Positions 36,330 to 45,242 of a stretch of 64,000 bases of DNA are shown here, one piece after another. A program made the translations under genes and the position numbers. The DNA lies in NCBI GenBank assembly GCA_013540605.1, contig JABVCK010000002.1, positions 32,339 to 96,338 of the forward strand, given 5' to 3'. The notes beneath the pieces were generated by a model. The model did not search any database. It saw only the letters and a program-made list of their open reading frames with translations, and was not told the origin of the DNA. The number at the start of each line of letters is the position of its first letter. Position 1 is the first letter of the stretch. This DNA is from Bacillota bacterium (lineage in GTDB: Bacteria; Bacillota; Clostridia; Ch29).

Positions 36330-36404
36330 TGGTGACCCCTAGGGGACTCGAACCCCTGTTACCGCCGTGAAAGGGCGGTGTCTTAACCGCTTGACCAAGG
36401 GGCC
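36330..36404 (-). tRNA. tRNA-Glu (TTC)
   Basis: GGCCCCTTGGTCAAGCGGTTAAGACACCGCCCTTTCACGGCGGTAACAGGGGTTCGAGTCCCCTAGGGGTCACCA. Confidence 0.85.
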
Positions 36405-36410
36405 AGATTA

Positions 36411-36487
36411 TGGTCGGGGCGAAGGGATTTGAACCCCCGACCCCATGGTCCCAAACCATGTGCGCTACCAAACTGCGCTACGCCCCG
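36411..36487 (-). tRNA. tRNA-Pro (TGG)
   Basis: CGGGGCGTAGCGCAGTTTGGTAGCGCACATGGTTTGGGACCATGGGGTCGGGGGTTCAAATCCCTTCGCCCCGACCA. Confidence 0.85.
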
Positions 36488-36702
36488 ACTTCTCTAGCGT
36501 CACTTTTATATTATACATAATGGGTTTTGCGTTTTCAATAGTAATTTTTGTTTTTCTACCATAGTATTTCAGGTCAAGCACCCTGAACATGTAACAATAA
36601 TGTAACACCGCTGTAACTATATATACGCCTTTTTTATGTATAATTGTTTTGTACAGAAACTTAAACGCAATTTTTCCGTCCAATAATGTAAGAGGACACA
36701 CC

Positions 36703-36850
36703 ATCTATCAGTTATCGGTTGCCAGTTGTCAGACATCATAGATCAGATGCCAGAGATCAGTTCCCGGTTGTCAGTTTCTAGTACCTGCGAACTGCGATCT
36801 GCGGCCTATGATCTGTAAGCTACGAACTGCCAACTACGAACTTCACTTTG
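36703..36850. repeat. Heptad-periodic CAG/CTG inverted tract
   Basis: CAGTTATCGGTTGCCAGTTGTCAGACATCATAGATCAGATGCCAGAGATCAG… then CCTGCGAACTGCGATCTGCGGCCTATGATCTGTAAGCTACGAACTGCCAACTACGAAC. Confidence 0.8.
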
Positions 36851-36862
36851 GGAGGGAAAGTT

Positions 36863-39685
36863 TTGAAAAAAATCGTATCAGTATTGACAGCATTTATTCT
36901 ATGCATTTCGATTTTTCCTATTCAGGCCTTTGCCGGCTTACAGGAAAGCGGAATAATACACCGGGAAATCCACCAAACACAGATTGCCCAAAATGTTACA
37001 TATAAAAATATCGTTCAGTTCACCAATAATGGATGGCAAAACATCCATATAATAGAGGCCGATATTTCAGGAAAATACACCGGCCTTAAGGTTCTGACGC
37101 CGCAGGAGGGCATTGGAAACGGTTCCACATTGATGGATATGGTACATGATAAGGAAATTATTGCAGCTATTAACGGAGATTTCTTTATTTCGGGACAGAT
37201 TTACTCTCCGATAGGTCCGGTTGTTGAGAACGGGGAAATGCAAAGCAGCCCAACCTACCGGATGGATGAGCTTTCGGTTTTTTCCCTTGATGAAAATAAT
37301 GTGCCTATGCTTGATTACTGGAGCTGGGACATTAAGCTAAGGGTTAACGGCAGCGGATTTCCTATATCTGCCATTAACAAAACCAGCTTCGACTATCTCT
37401 ACCCTGTTATTTATACCAAGGACTGGGGTGTCAAGCCTCCTTCCGTTACATTCCCGGATATTCTGTACTTTGTTATTGAAAGGGACACGGTAAGGGAAGT
37501 ACTGGCCGGCCCGCAGGAAGGGATGGAGATACCCGCTGATGGAATGGTGCTGATGGTTAGGGGCGAAAGGGCGGCAGAGATTCAGCAGTACCTCGTACCC
37601 GGCTCTTCCGTCGGCCTGGAAATCATCAGCCGGCCCGATTACTCCAGGCTTAATCTTGCTATAGGCGGAGGGAGCATACTGGTTAAGGACGGGAGTATTT
37701 ACCCCTTTACCCATAGAATCGACGGTTATCATCCGAGAACAGCCCTTGGGTTTTCAAAGGACGGCAGAAAAATGTTCGCCGTCACTGTTGATGGCAGAAC
37801 CCAATCCTCTGCAGGTATGACCCAGGAGCAGCTGGCGCAGTTCATGATTGAAATCGGAGCCTACAATGCGCTTAACCTGGACGGCGGAGGGTCTTCCACA
37901 ATGCTGGCGCGTAAGCTGGGAGAAGAAGACCTTTCCCTTGTGAACACCCCGTCGGACGGGTCCATGCGGCGGATTTCAAACGGCCTTGGCATTGAGAGCA
38001 CTGCCCCCCGCGGGCCTCTAAAATATATATTCCTTGAGACCGCCGACAGCAATGTCTTTGCGGGTACAGGCCGTACCATAAACGTCAAGGGTTATGACAG
38101 CAATTATAACCCTGTCAGTATAGATGAGAGAAAAGTAGATTTTGAAGTTTCCGGGGTGTCGGGCGGCTTCTCGGGCAGCGTATTTTACCCGGAAACAGCG
38201 GGAAACGCCACTGTCACGGCGAAATATATGGGAAAGACGGCAAGCATAAGTCTTAAAGTTCTTGATGCTCCGGCCGAGCTCATCCTTCCCTATGAGGAAA
38301 TAAAAACAGACACGTTAAAATCTCTTAGTTTTCCGATCTATGGCAGGAGCCTGTCCGGTTTTAAAGCATTGATGGAAAACAGGGATGTACTGCTTATCAG
38401 CACAATGGGAAGGTTTGAGGGTCAGACCTTCAACAGCGGCAGTACCGAAGGCACCGGTAAGATTATGGTAGCGTACGGCCAGCTTTCTTACGAAATACCG
38501 CTGTCTGTGGGATACAAACGCACTGTTGTGGATAACTTCGAGATGCCAAACGGCAGCTTCACTTCCTATCCTGCATCGGTTCAGGGACATTATGCGCTGG
38601 ATACGGCAAATTCCACAAGCGGGCGCTCCAGCGGACGGCTTGCCTATGATTTTACCGGAGAAAGTGCTACCGCTGCGTCCTACCTGGTATTCAACGGAGA
38701 CGGCATAAGGCTTGACACCGTTCCGCAAAGGATTGGGGTGAAAGTTTACAACTCAAAGGAGAACAATCACTGGATACGGATGCTTGTTGAGGATGCCAAC
38801 GGCAAGAGCGCAACCTTGGATCTGGCCCGGAAGCTGGATTGGAAAGGCTTCAAGTTCATCGATGCGGCCGTTCCAAAGGACCTAACGCCGCCTGTATATA
38901 TAAAAAGGCTGTATGTGGTGGAGACCAACCCGATAATGCATGACAGCGGCACGGTGCTGTTTGATGACCTTACTGCAATGTACTCCTTCGCTCCCCAGGG
39001 TCCCATTGCCGAACCCAAAGGCGAAAGGATTTATGACCCTTCAAGGACCGAAACAGCACCGGCGGAGTGGAAATTCTCGTTTTCACTCTTCGGAAGCACA
39101 ACTATTGACAAACTCCTCGATATTCACCTGGTCAGCAGGATGAAAGCCCTTGCCGCGGAGGCCGGTGACCTTTCAGTATTCGCAGGAAGCATCGGTGAGG
39201 ACAGCCTGTCCGGGCTTAAAGTCCCGACTCTGGCAACACAGCCGGGGTACGCAGAAGCCAAATATGGGGATATAACATTCCTCAAGCTGGATAATTCCAC
39301 GGGAGGCCTCAGGTCTTATTCACCACAGCAGTGGTACTGGCTTAAGGAAAGGCTGCAGCAGGTATACAGGGGCAGCTTGTTCCTGGTCCTGCCGAAGCCG
39401 GTCTGGGATAAAGGTGGATTTACCGATATCAAGGAAGCGGAACTGCTCCAGCAGTACCTTTCCGAACTGGTATCGGACAAAGATATCAACGTCTATGTTT
39501 TGTACGGCCAGGCATCCGGAGTGGAATACGATGTGAGGGACGGTGTGAAATACATCGGGATAAGCGGCACCGGACAGCTGGACAAGAATTACTCGATTTT
39601 TGATGATTTCAACTACCTGAAATTCTATATAGACGAACAGGGCGGTATAAAATACCAGGTACTCCCGCTTTACAGAAAGCCGTAG
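36863..39685 (+). CDS. Large secreted phosphodiester glycosidase-family (DUF2233/NAGPA-like) protein with Ig-like domains
   Basis: Start TTG after GGGAGGG RBS; signal peptide LKKIVSVLTAFILCISIFPIQAFA; …ALNLDGGGSSTM… motif of phosphodiester glycosidase family. Confidence 0.75.
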   Translation: MKKIVSVLTAFILCISIFPIQAFAGLQESGIIHREIHQTQIAQNVTYKNIVQFTNNGWQNIHIIEADISGKYTGLKVLTPQEGIGNGSTLMDMVHDKEIIAAINGDFFISGQIYSPIGPVVENGEMQSSPTYRMDELSVFSLDENNVPMLDYWSWDIKLRVNGSGFPISAINKTSFDYLYPVIYTKDWGVKPPSVTFPDILYFVIERDTVREVLAGPQEGMEIPADGMVLMVRGERAAEIQQYLVPGSSVGLEIISRPDYSRLNLAIGGGSILVKDGSIYPFTHRIDGYHPRTALGFSKDGRKMFAVTVDGRTQSSAGMTQEQLAQFMIEIGAYNALNLDGGGSSTMLARKLGEEDLSLVNTPSDGSMRRISNGLGIESTAPRGPLKYIFLETADSNVFAGTGRTINVKGYDSNYNPVSIDERKVDFEVSGVSGGFSGSVFYPETAGNATVTAKYMGKTASISLKVLDAPAELILPYEEIKTDTLKSLSFPIYGRSLSGFKALMENRDVLLISTMGRFEGQTFNSGSTEGTGKIMVAYGQLSYEIPLSVGYKRTVVDNFEMPNGSFTSYPASVQGHYALDTANSTSGRSSGRLAYDFTGESATAASYLVFNGDGIRLDTVPQRIGVKVYNSKENNHWIRMLVEDANGKSATLDLARKLDWKGFKFIDAAVPKDLTPPVYIKRLYVVETNPIMHDSGTVLFDDLTAMYSFAPQGPIAEPKGERIYDPSRTETAPAEWKFSFSLFGSTTIDKLLDIHLVSRMKALAAEAGDLSVFAGSIGEDSLSGLKVPTLATQPGYAEAKYGDITFLKLDNSTGGLRSYSPQQWYWLKERLQQVYRGSLFLVLPKPVWDKGGFTDIKEAELLQQYLSELVSDKDINVYVLYGQASGVEYDVRDGVKYIGISGTGQLDKNYSIFDDFNYLKFYIDEQGGIKYQVLPLYRKP

Positions 39686-39687
39686 GC

Positions 39688-40326
39688 CTATTGGGTATAC
39701 GCTTCGATCAGGGAATCTATCTTTTTCTGTTCCTGATCCGTGACCTTTTTCCGGAGGATCGTAAACATGGCTTTGTTTTCCTCCCAGGTTACGCCATCTT
39801 CGAGCATGGATTTTATCTGCAGCAGTTCGTCCATGCTGCAGCGGCTGAGGATCTTAAGCAGCCAGAGCTTGTCCTGCCATGAAAGGCCGGACAGGGCTTT
39901 AATCACATTGCTCCCTGAGAGCAGCATCTTTGAGTTTCCCTGCCTGCCGGTTTCGGACACCTGGTGTGTCTCACCGGAATCGGGCAGGGGCTCATCCCTT
40001 TCACCAATCTCCGGATCCTGAGCATAAAAGATTTCCCTGGCACCCAGGCCCTCTTCGGCTTGTGCATAAGCACTTTTGCCGGATGTTTGGGCAGCATAGA
40101 CTTCCAGGAGTATCTCCTCAAATTCTTTATTAATGATATTTTTCGGTTCCTCTGTTTTTGATGTTATTGTTTTAGGGGTATATATATAAAAGGTAAAGCA
40201 TATATCTTTTGTCTCAGGGGGGCGCCGTGGTATAACCGGAAAGCTGTGTAAAAATAATATGTAATGAACCATTGCTGCTAATATAATTACCAGATGCAGA
40301 CGTTTCCCTCGGAACATTATTATCAT
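39688..40326 (-). CDS. Hypothetical membrane-anchored protein
   Basis: 212 aa ORF, N-terminal hydrophobic anchor, acidic/helical C-terminus. Confidence 0.45.
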   Translation of the reverse strand: MIIMFRGKRLHLVIILAAMVHYILFLHSFPVIPRRPPETKDICFTFYIYTPKTITSKTEEPKNIINKEFEEILLEVYAAQTSGKSAYAQAEEGLGAREIFYAQDPEIGERDEPLPDSGETHQVSETGRQGNSKMLLSGSNVIKALSGLSWQDKLWLLKILSRCSMDELLQIKSMLEDGVTWEENKAMFTILRKKVTDQEQKKIDSLIEAYTQ

Positions 40327-40384
40327 CCTTCGACTTCAACTTCAGTTTATTATAAACCCCTTGAAACCGTTTTTATACCAACCA

Positions 40385-40630
40385 GCATTCAGTTGCCAGT
40401 TATCATATGACAGATGACAGACGTCAGTCGGCAATTGGCAGTTGGCAGTTGGCAGACATCAGCGAAGTCCTAGGAAAAGAAAAGCCCAGAAAACTTCACC
40501 CTTGCACCTGCGATCTGCCCACTGCGATCTGCGGTCTATGATCTGGTACCTGTGAACTGTGAACTGTAAACTACGAACTACCAACTACGAACTACGGACT
40601 ACGAACCAACTCTGTAATCTGCGAACAAGA
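40385..40630. repeat. Heptad-periodic CAG/CTG inverted tract (two blocks)
   Basis: CAGTTGCCAGTTATCATATGACAGATGACAGACGTCAGTCGGCAATTGGCAGTTGGCAGTTGGCAGACATCAG … CACCTGCGATCTGCCCACTGCGATCTGCGGTCTATGATCTGGTACCTGTGAACTGTGAACTGTAAACTACGAACTACCAACTACGAACTACGGACTACGAAC. Confidence 0.8.
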
Positions 40631-40653
40631 AACTGTATCGAGGGTGATCAGCT

Positions 40654-40839
40654 GTGGATAAAAGGATTGAGAAACTAAAAGTGGAAATAGAAAATTGCAG
40701 GAGAAAGCTTCAGGAAGAGTTGGACAAGCAGGACTTCCAGGCTTCCTATGATATTATTCTGAATACAAGCCGGGAGTTGGACAGGCTTATAGTTGAGTAT
40801 GAGCAGCTAACAAAAATAGACCGTTACCGGTCTATTTAG
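40654..40839 (+). CDS. Spo0E-family sporulation regulatory protein (aspartyl-phosphate phosphatase-like)
   Basis: 61 aa, GTG start; …[15 protein letters not shown]…[15 protein letters not shown]… Spo0E-like pattern. Confidence 0.6.
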   Translation: MDKRIEKLKVEIENCRRKLQEELDKQDFQASYDIILNTSRELDRLIVEYEQLTKIDRYRSI

Positions 40840-41272
40840 CATCCACCAATGCAAACATCAACTCACCCGAAACGGCAACCTGTCCGTTAACAGTAGCCTG
40901 GGCGTTTGCCTTTCCTATTCCCCTTTTCATGGCAATCATCTCTACCTCAAGCAGCAACTGGTCTCCGGGCACCACCTGCCTGCGAATCCTCAGCCTGTCA
41001 ATCCCGGTAAACAACGCCAGTTTGCCCTTGTACTCCTCTTTGGAAAGGACGGCAACCGCTCCTACCTGGGCCATCGCCTCAACTATCAAGACTCCGGGCA
41101 TAATGGGATTACCCGGGAAGTGTCCCTGAAAAAACGGTTCATTAACAGTAACATTCTTGATACCCACTGCCCTTTTACCCTCTTCTATCTCAAGAATGGT
41201 ATCCACCAGCAGGAAAGGATACCGGTGGGGTATAATACCCTGTATCTCAATATTGTTCAGCATATGCAGCAC
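40832..41272 (-). CDS. fabZ: 3-hydroxyacyl-ACP dehydratase FabZ
   Basis: 146 aa; [11 protein letters not shown]…[20 protein letters not shown] hot-dog signature. Confidence 0.95.
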   Translation of the reverse strand: MLHMLNNIEIQGIIPHRYPFLLVDTILEIEEGKRAVGIKNVTVNEPFFQGHFPGNPIMPGVLIVEAMAQVGAVAVLSKEEYKGKLALFTGIDRLRIRRQVVPGDQLLLEVEMIAMKRGIGKANAQATVNGQVAVSGELMFALVDAK

Positions 41273-41277
41273 ACCTC

Positions 41278-41679
41278 TTATTCATCAAGTTTTTCATCAG
41301 CTGTCCGTGCCGCAGATTGGGAAGCGTCCCCTATCGCATGCACCAGCTGTTCGTACAGCATCCTGGAAATTCCCAGCCCTTCACCGGAGGAGGCCTTCTT
41401 TGCCAGCTCTTCATCCAGCATGGATTGAAATATCTTCTCCCCATAGCTTTCAGGTATCAGCCCTTCCCGCCAGACCGTAGAGCGCATCCTTTCAAATACC
41501 ATGCCCACAAATACCGCTTCCAGGTCGCGGCAGGCTTCTTTGAGTTTTTCCTTATCTTTTTCGGTTTTTACCCTATCCAGGATTTTGCTGAATTCTTCCC
41601 CTTCACTGGCTTTCGCTTTCTGATACGCATCCCTTATTATACCCATTTCATAGACGTTAGTATTATCAATCTTCAACAA
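41278..41679 (-). CDS. Flagellar rod-binding protein (FlgJ N-terminal domain-like)
   Basis: 133 aa; …[16 protein letters not shown]…[18 protein letters not shown]…[10 protein letters not shown]… rod-binding family. Confidence 0.7.
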   Translation of the reverse strand: MLKIDNTNVYEMGIIRDAYQKAKASEGEEFSKILDRVKTEKDKEKLKEACRDLEAVFVGMVFERMRSTVWREGLIPESYGEKIFQSMLDEELAKKASSGEGLGISRMLYEQLVHAIGDASQSAARTADEKLDE

Positions 41680-41682
41680 TTA

Positions 41683-42477
41683 TCACCTTCTCAGGTTGTT
41701 TGCCATCTGGAGCATCTCATCAACCGTCTGAATGGATTTTGAATTGATTTCATAGGCCCTCTGGGCAGTAATCAGTTTAACCATTTCCTCAACCACCTGT
41801 ACGTTCGAGGACTCCAGGTATCCCTGCATTATCAGGCCGTTTACGCCGGGTTCCTCTGCCTCAACGGGCTCCCCGGAAGCGCTGGTCATCTTGTATAGGT
41901 TCCTGCCTATGCTTTCAAGCCCCGCAGGATTTGGGAACCTAATCATATCAATAAGTCCGATTTCGTCAAGGGTATCATCGTTCCTTCTCACCGTAAGCAT
42001 GCCGTTCTCATCAACGTTGATCTCCTTGATTTCTGCTCCAAGCTCCGCATCCGCCCCTTCAACCTGCAGAAAATACCCGTCGGAGGTGACTATTGAAGCC
42101 TCGTCTCCGTCTATGCTGAGCTTAAAGCTCCCATCCCTGGTATAAAACAGGTTGTCATTCTGGTCCCTTACGACAAAGAAGCCTTCGCCATCGATTGCAA
42201 GGTCCATAGGATTACCTGTGTGCTGCATGTTTCCTCCCAAAAAAGTCTTCACGATAGCCGATGGCCTCACGCCATGCCCGACCTGCAGGTTTACGGGCCT
42301 TCCCTGCCCATCCACCACATGGGCCCTGAATATGGTTTCATAGAGCAAATCCTTGAATTCTGCCCTTTCCTTTTTATACGCGGTAGTATTCACGTTTGCC
42401 AGGTTATTTGAAATGGTGTCTACATTAAGCTGCTGTGCCGTCATTCCTGAACTTGCAGTCCAAAGCGCTCTCATCAT
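41683..42477 (-). CDS. flgG: Flagellar basal-body rod protein FlgG
   Basis: 264 aa; MMRALWTASSGMTAQQLNVDTISNNLANVNTTAYKK…; C-terminal LESSNVQVVEEMVKLITAQRAYEINSKSI. Confidence 0.9.
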   Translation of the reverse strand: MMRALWTASSGMTAQQLNVDTISNNLANVNTTAYKKERAEFKDLLYETIFRAHVVDGQGRPVNLQVGHGVRPSAIVKTFLGGNMQHTGNPMDLAIDGEGFFVVRDQNDNLFYTRDGSFKLSIDGDEASIVTSDGYFLQVEGADAELGAEIKEINVDENGMLTVRRNDDTLDEIGLIDMIRFPNPAGLESIGRNLYKMTSASGEPVEAEEPGVNGLIMQGYLESSNVQVVEEMVKLITAQRAYEINSKSIQTVDEMLQMANNLRR

Positions 42478-42497
42478 ATGGATTCATCCCCTAACTA

Positions 42498-43535
42498 TTA
42501 TACTTTTCCTACTTCGTTCACTGCCTTGCCTATCATCTCGTCAAAGGCCATTACCACCCTTTGGTTGGTTTCATACGCTCTGAAGGCGGTCATCATGTTT
42601 ACCATTTCCTTTACCGCGTTTACGTTTGAACTCTCAAGGAAGCCCTGCAGGATTTCTCCATCGGGCTGTTTCATCTGTGCGTCTTCCCTTGCCCTGTATA
42701 GGTTGTCCCCTACTTTAACCGCCTGTTTGGGATCTTCAAAGGCTGCCAGCCTCAGAGTGTCCACATAATCACCTTCAACGTAAATCTCTCCGTTCCCAAG
42801 CACCTCCATGCTGCTGCCGCCTATCCAGATCTCTCCTCTTTCCCCGATCACCCTATGGCCATCCTTCGATGTGAGGAAGCCCTCGGCGTCAATTATAAGC
42901 GAGCCATCCCTCGTATACCTTTCCTCCCCATCGACTTCCAGCACAAAGAACCCTTCACCTTTAATTGCAAAATCGGTAGGGCTGCCGGTTTCTTTGAAAT
43001 TTCCCTGGACAAAGGCTGTCACCACCTCATTGACTGCCGCTCCACCGTTCAGCGTTCCTATCACTTTGGACCCTGAATACATCTTCAGCGTGTCAACCAT
43101 CCGGCCGTTCGCCCAGACTGTTCCGCTGCCGTCCACATGAAGCCCTTCCATGCTCCATGCCTGGATCCTGCCGTTGTTCCCGAGGATGTAATTGCCTGAC
43201 GACGTTATCAGATAACCCTCTTCATTAACCGCCAGTTCCGCACTGGCGCTGAAGCTCTTACCCCTCGGAGTATCGATTATGAAGTATGTGCCGTCTGTTT
43301 CTATCCTCAGCCTTTCGCCGGTATTCTCATATCTGACGCCTTTGAACGGTTGGGGAGCCTGTCCCATTGAACCGTCGTTCATCCTGGAAATCAATACCTC
43401 CAGGAAAGGTCCCGTTACCACCATATCCCTCTTGTACGCATTGGTATCTACATTTGCAACATTGTTTGCGAGCACATCTATCCTCTTGACTTCAGTTGCC
43501 ATCGACGTGGCGGATGTATATAGTCCCCTGATCAA
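42498..43535 (-). CDS. Flagellar basal-body rod protein (FlgF/FlhO-like, with central insertion)
   Basis: 345 aa; N-terminal MIRGLYTSATSMATEVKRIDVLANNVANVDTNAYKRD; C-terminal LESSNVNAVKEMVNMMTAFRAYETNQRV. Confidence 0.85.
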   Translation of the reverse strand: MIRGLYTSATSMATEVKRIDVLANNVANVDTNAYKRDMVVTGPFLEVLISRMNDGSMGQAPQPFKGVRYENTGERLRIETDGTYFIIDTPRGKSFSASAELAVNEEGYLITSSGNYILGNNGRIQAWSMEGLHVDGSGTVWANGRMVDTLKMYSGSKVIGTLNGGAAVNEVVTAFVQGNFKETGSPTDFAIKGEGFFVLEVDGEERYTRDGSLIIDAEGFLTSKDGHRVIGERGEIWIGGSSMEVLGNGEIYVEGDYVDTLRLAAFEDPKQAVKVGDNLYRAREDAQMKQPDGEILQGFLESSNVNAVKEMVNMMTAFRAYETNQRVVMAFDEMIGKAVNEVGKV

Positions 43536-43666
43536 ATTGAATCACCTCTATTAATATATCGACACCGTTTTCCCGCGACTTTATACTCAATTCACCGGTG
43601 CATGCCATGCCCGGATTCACTGCAAAAAAATTGTAAGGTGCCAGGAGTTCTGACACCATGAATGGC

Positions 43667-44692
43667 TTAACTGGATCTGCCTTTTGTCGTTATCAGGTTG
43701 CTTTCAAGGATGTCCATGGATTCCAGCGCCTTCCCCGTACCTATTGCGACACAGGACACCGCATCCTCCGCAACCTTGACCGGGATGCCGAGCCTGTGGC
43801 TGAGAAGCATATCCAGACCATAGAGGAGCGATCCCCCGCCGGTCATTACAATACCCCTGTCGCTGATATCGGATGCCAGCTCGGGTGGGGTTCTTTCGAT
43901 AACCGAATGTATACTGTCTACAATCGCTGAAGTAGCTTCCTCAAGGGCCTCCAGCATTTCCTCCGAACTGATTATATGATTTTTGGGAAGTCCTGTAACA
44001 AGGTTCCTGCCCCTGACCTCCATGGTTATGTTCTCTTCCCTGGGATAAGCAGTACCTATGCTGATCTTCATGTCCTCGGCAGTTCTTTCCCCTATCAATA
44101 AATTATACTTTTTCCTCATATACCTCACTATCGCCTCATCGAACTTATCTCCGGCGATTTTTATTGAAGCGCTGACCACTATGCCTCCAAGGGATATTAC
44201 AGCTATGTCAGTGGTTCCTCCACCTATATCCACAATCATGTTCCCGGTTGGTTTAGAAATATCAAGTCCTGCTCCTATTGCCGCCGCTACCGGTTCCTCT
44301 ATCAGGTAGGTTTTCCGGGCTCCGGCCTGGTTGGTTGCATCAATTACCGCCCTCTTTTCTACCTGGGTTACACCGCTGGGAACACAGACTATTATTCTCG
44401 GTTTAAATATCTTCCTGCTGCCGCAAACTTTGCTGATAAAATACTTGAGCATTCTCTCGGTCACGTCGTAGTTCGATATTACGCCTTCCCTAAGAGGTCT
44501 GACAGCCACGATATTGCCGGGGGTTCTTCCAAGCATCTGCCTGGCCTCTTCTCCCACTGCAAGTATCTTATCTGTGTTCTTATCAATAGCAACAACGGAA
44601 GGTTCTTTCAGCAAAATGCCCTTATTCTTCACATAAACCAAAACACTTGCAGTACCTAAGTCAATACCAATATCAGTAATCAACCCCAACAT
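43667..44692 (-). CDS. mbl: Rod-shape determining actin homolog MreB/Mbl
   Basis: 341 aa; DIGIDLGTASVLVY…, …NMIVDIGGGTTDIAVISLGG… actin-fold phosphate motifs. Confidence 0.9.
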   Translation of the reverse strand: MLGLITDIGIDLGTASVLVYVKNKGILLKEPSVVAIDKNTDKILAVGEEARQMLGRTPGNIVAVRPLREGVISNYDVTERMLKYFISKVCGSRKIFKPRIIVCVPSGVTQVEKRAVIDATNQAGARKTYLIEEPVAAAIGAGLDISKPTGNMIVDIGGGTTDIAVISLGGIVVSASIKIAGDKFDEAIVRYMRKKYNLLIGERTAEDMKISIGTAYPREENITMEVRGRNLVTGLPKNHIISSEEMLEALEEATSAIVDSIHSVIERTPPELASDISDRGIVMTGGGSLLYGLDMLLSHRLGIPVKVAEDAVSCVAIGTGKALESMDILESNLITTKGRSS

Positions 44693-44837
44693 TCGTTTCC
44701 CTCTCTTCCCCCGTTTTTCATTGGTGTTTTGCCCGTTAACATTTATTAGATAAGTTCTATATAATACTCTAAAATCCTCTTTTTTCTCTCTTCTTTTTAC
44801 TTGTATAGCGATTTTTCACATTAGTTGGTAATTTACG

Positions 44838-45116
44838 CTAAAGGTGTGTCCCCTGACTTTTTCTAATGGATACCCTCTTGTACTTTTCCTTGGTTGCTTT
44901 TCCTCCCCTTATGTGCCTCTCTGCTTTGTTGTATTCCAATACCCTCTTTACTTTATCTGAAAGTGAAGCATTTACCCTTGGAAGCCTTTCTGTCACATCC
45001 TTGTGGATTGTACTTTTGCTTACCCCAAAAACCTTCGCGGTTTCTCTTACCGTTGACTTTGTATCCATTATGTAATTAGCCGCATCAATTACCCGCTCCT
45101 GTATGTAATCCTTCAA
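44838..45116 (-). CDS. spoIIID: Sporulation transcriptional regulator SpoIIID
   Basis: Start at TTG giving MKDYIQERVIDAANYIMDTKSTVRETAKVFGVSKSTIHKDVTERLP…; near-identical pattern to B. subtilis SpoIIID. Confidence 0.9.
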   Translation of the reverse strand: MKDYIQERVIDAANYIMDTKSTVRETAKVFGVSKSTIHKDVTERLPRVNASLSDKVKRVLEYNKAERHIRGGKATKEKYKRVSIRKSQGTHL

Positions 45117-45242
45117 ATCGCGCAACCCCCTTTTCAGTGTCTTTCTATATCATCTATATGCTGTTCATTTCTGATATAGAAGGATTTTAGTCGTATATAT
45201 TCGTTAAGTACGGTATAATGGTTCTAAAAGGGGGTATCTGAA

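Noticed and set aside
36075-36471. ORFs 36075-36257 and 36205-36471 (minus)
   Set aside because: They are translations of the tRNA-Thr/Val/Glu/Pro genes themselves; spurious.
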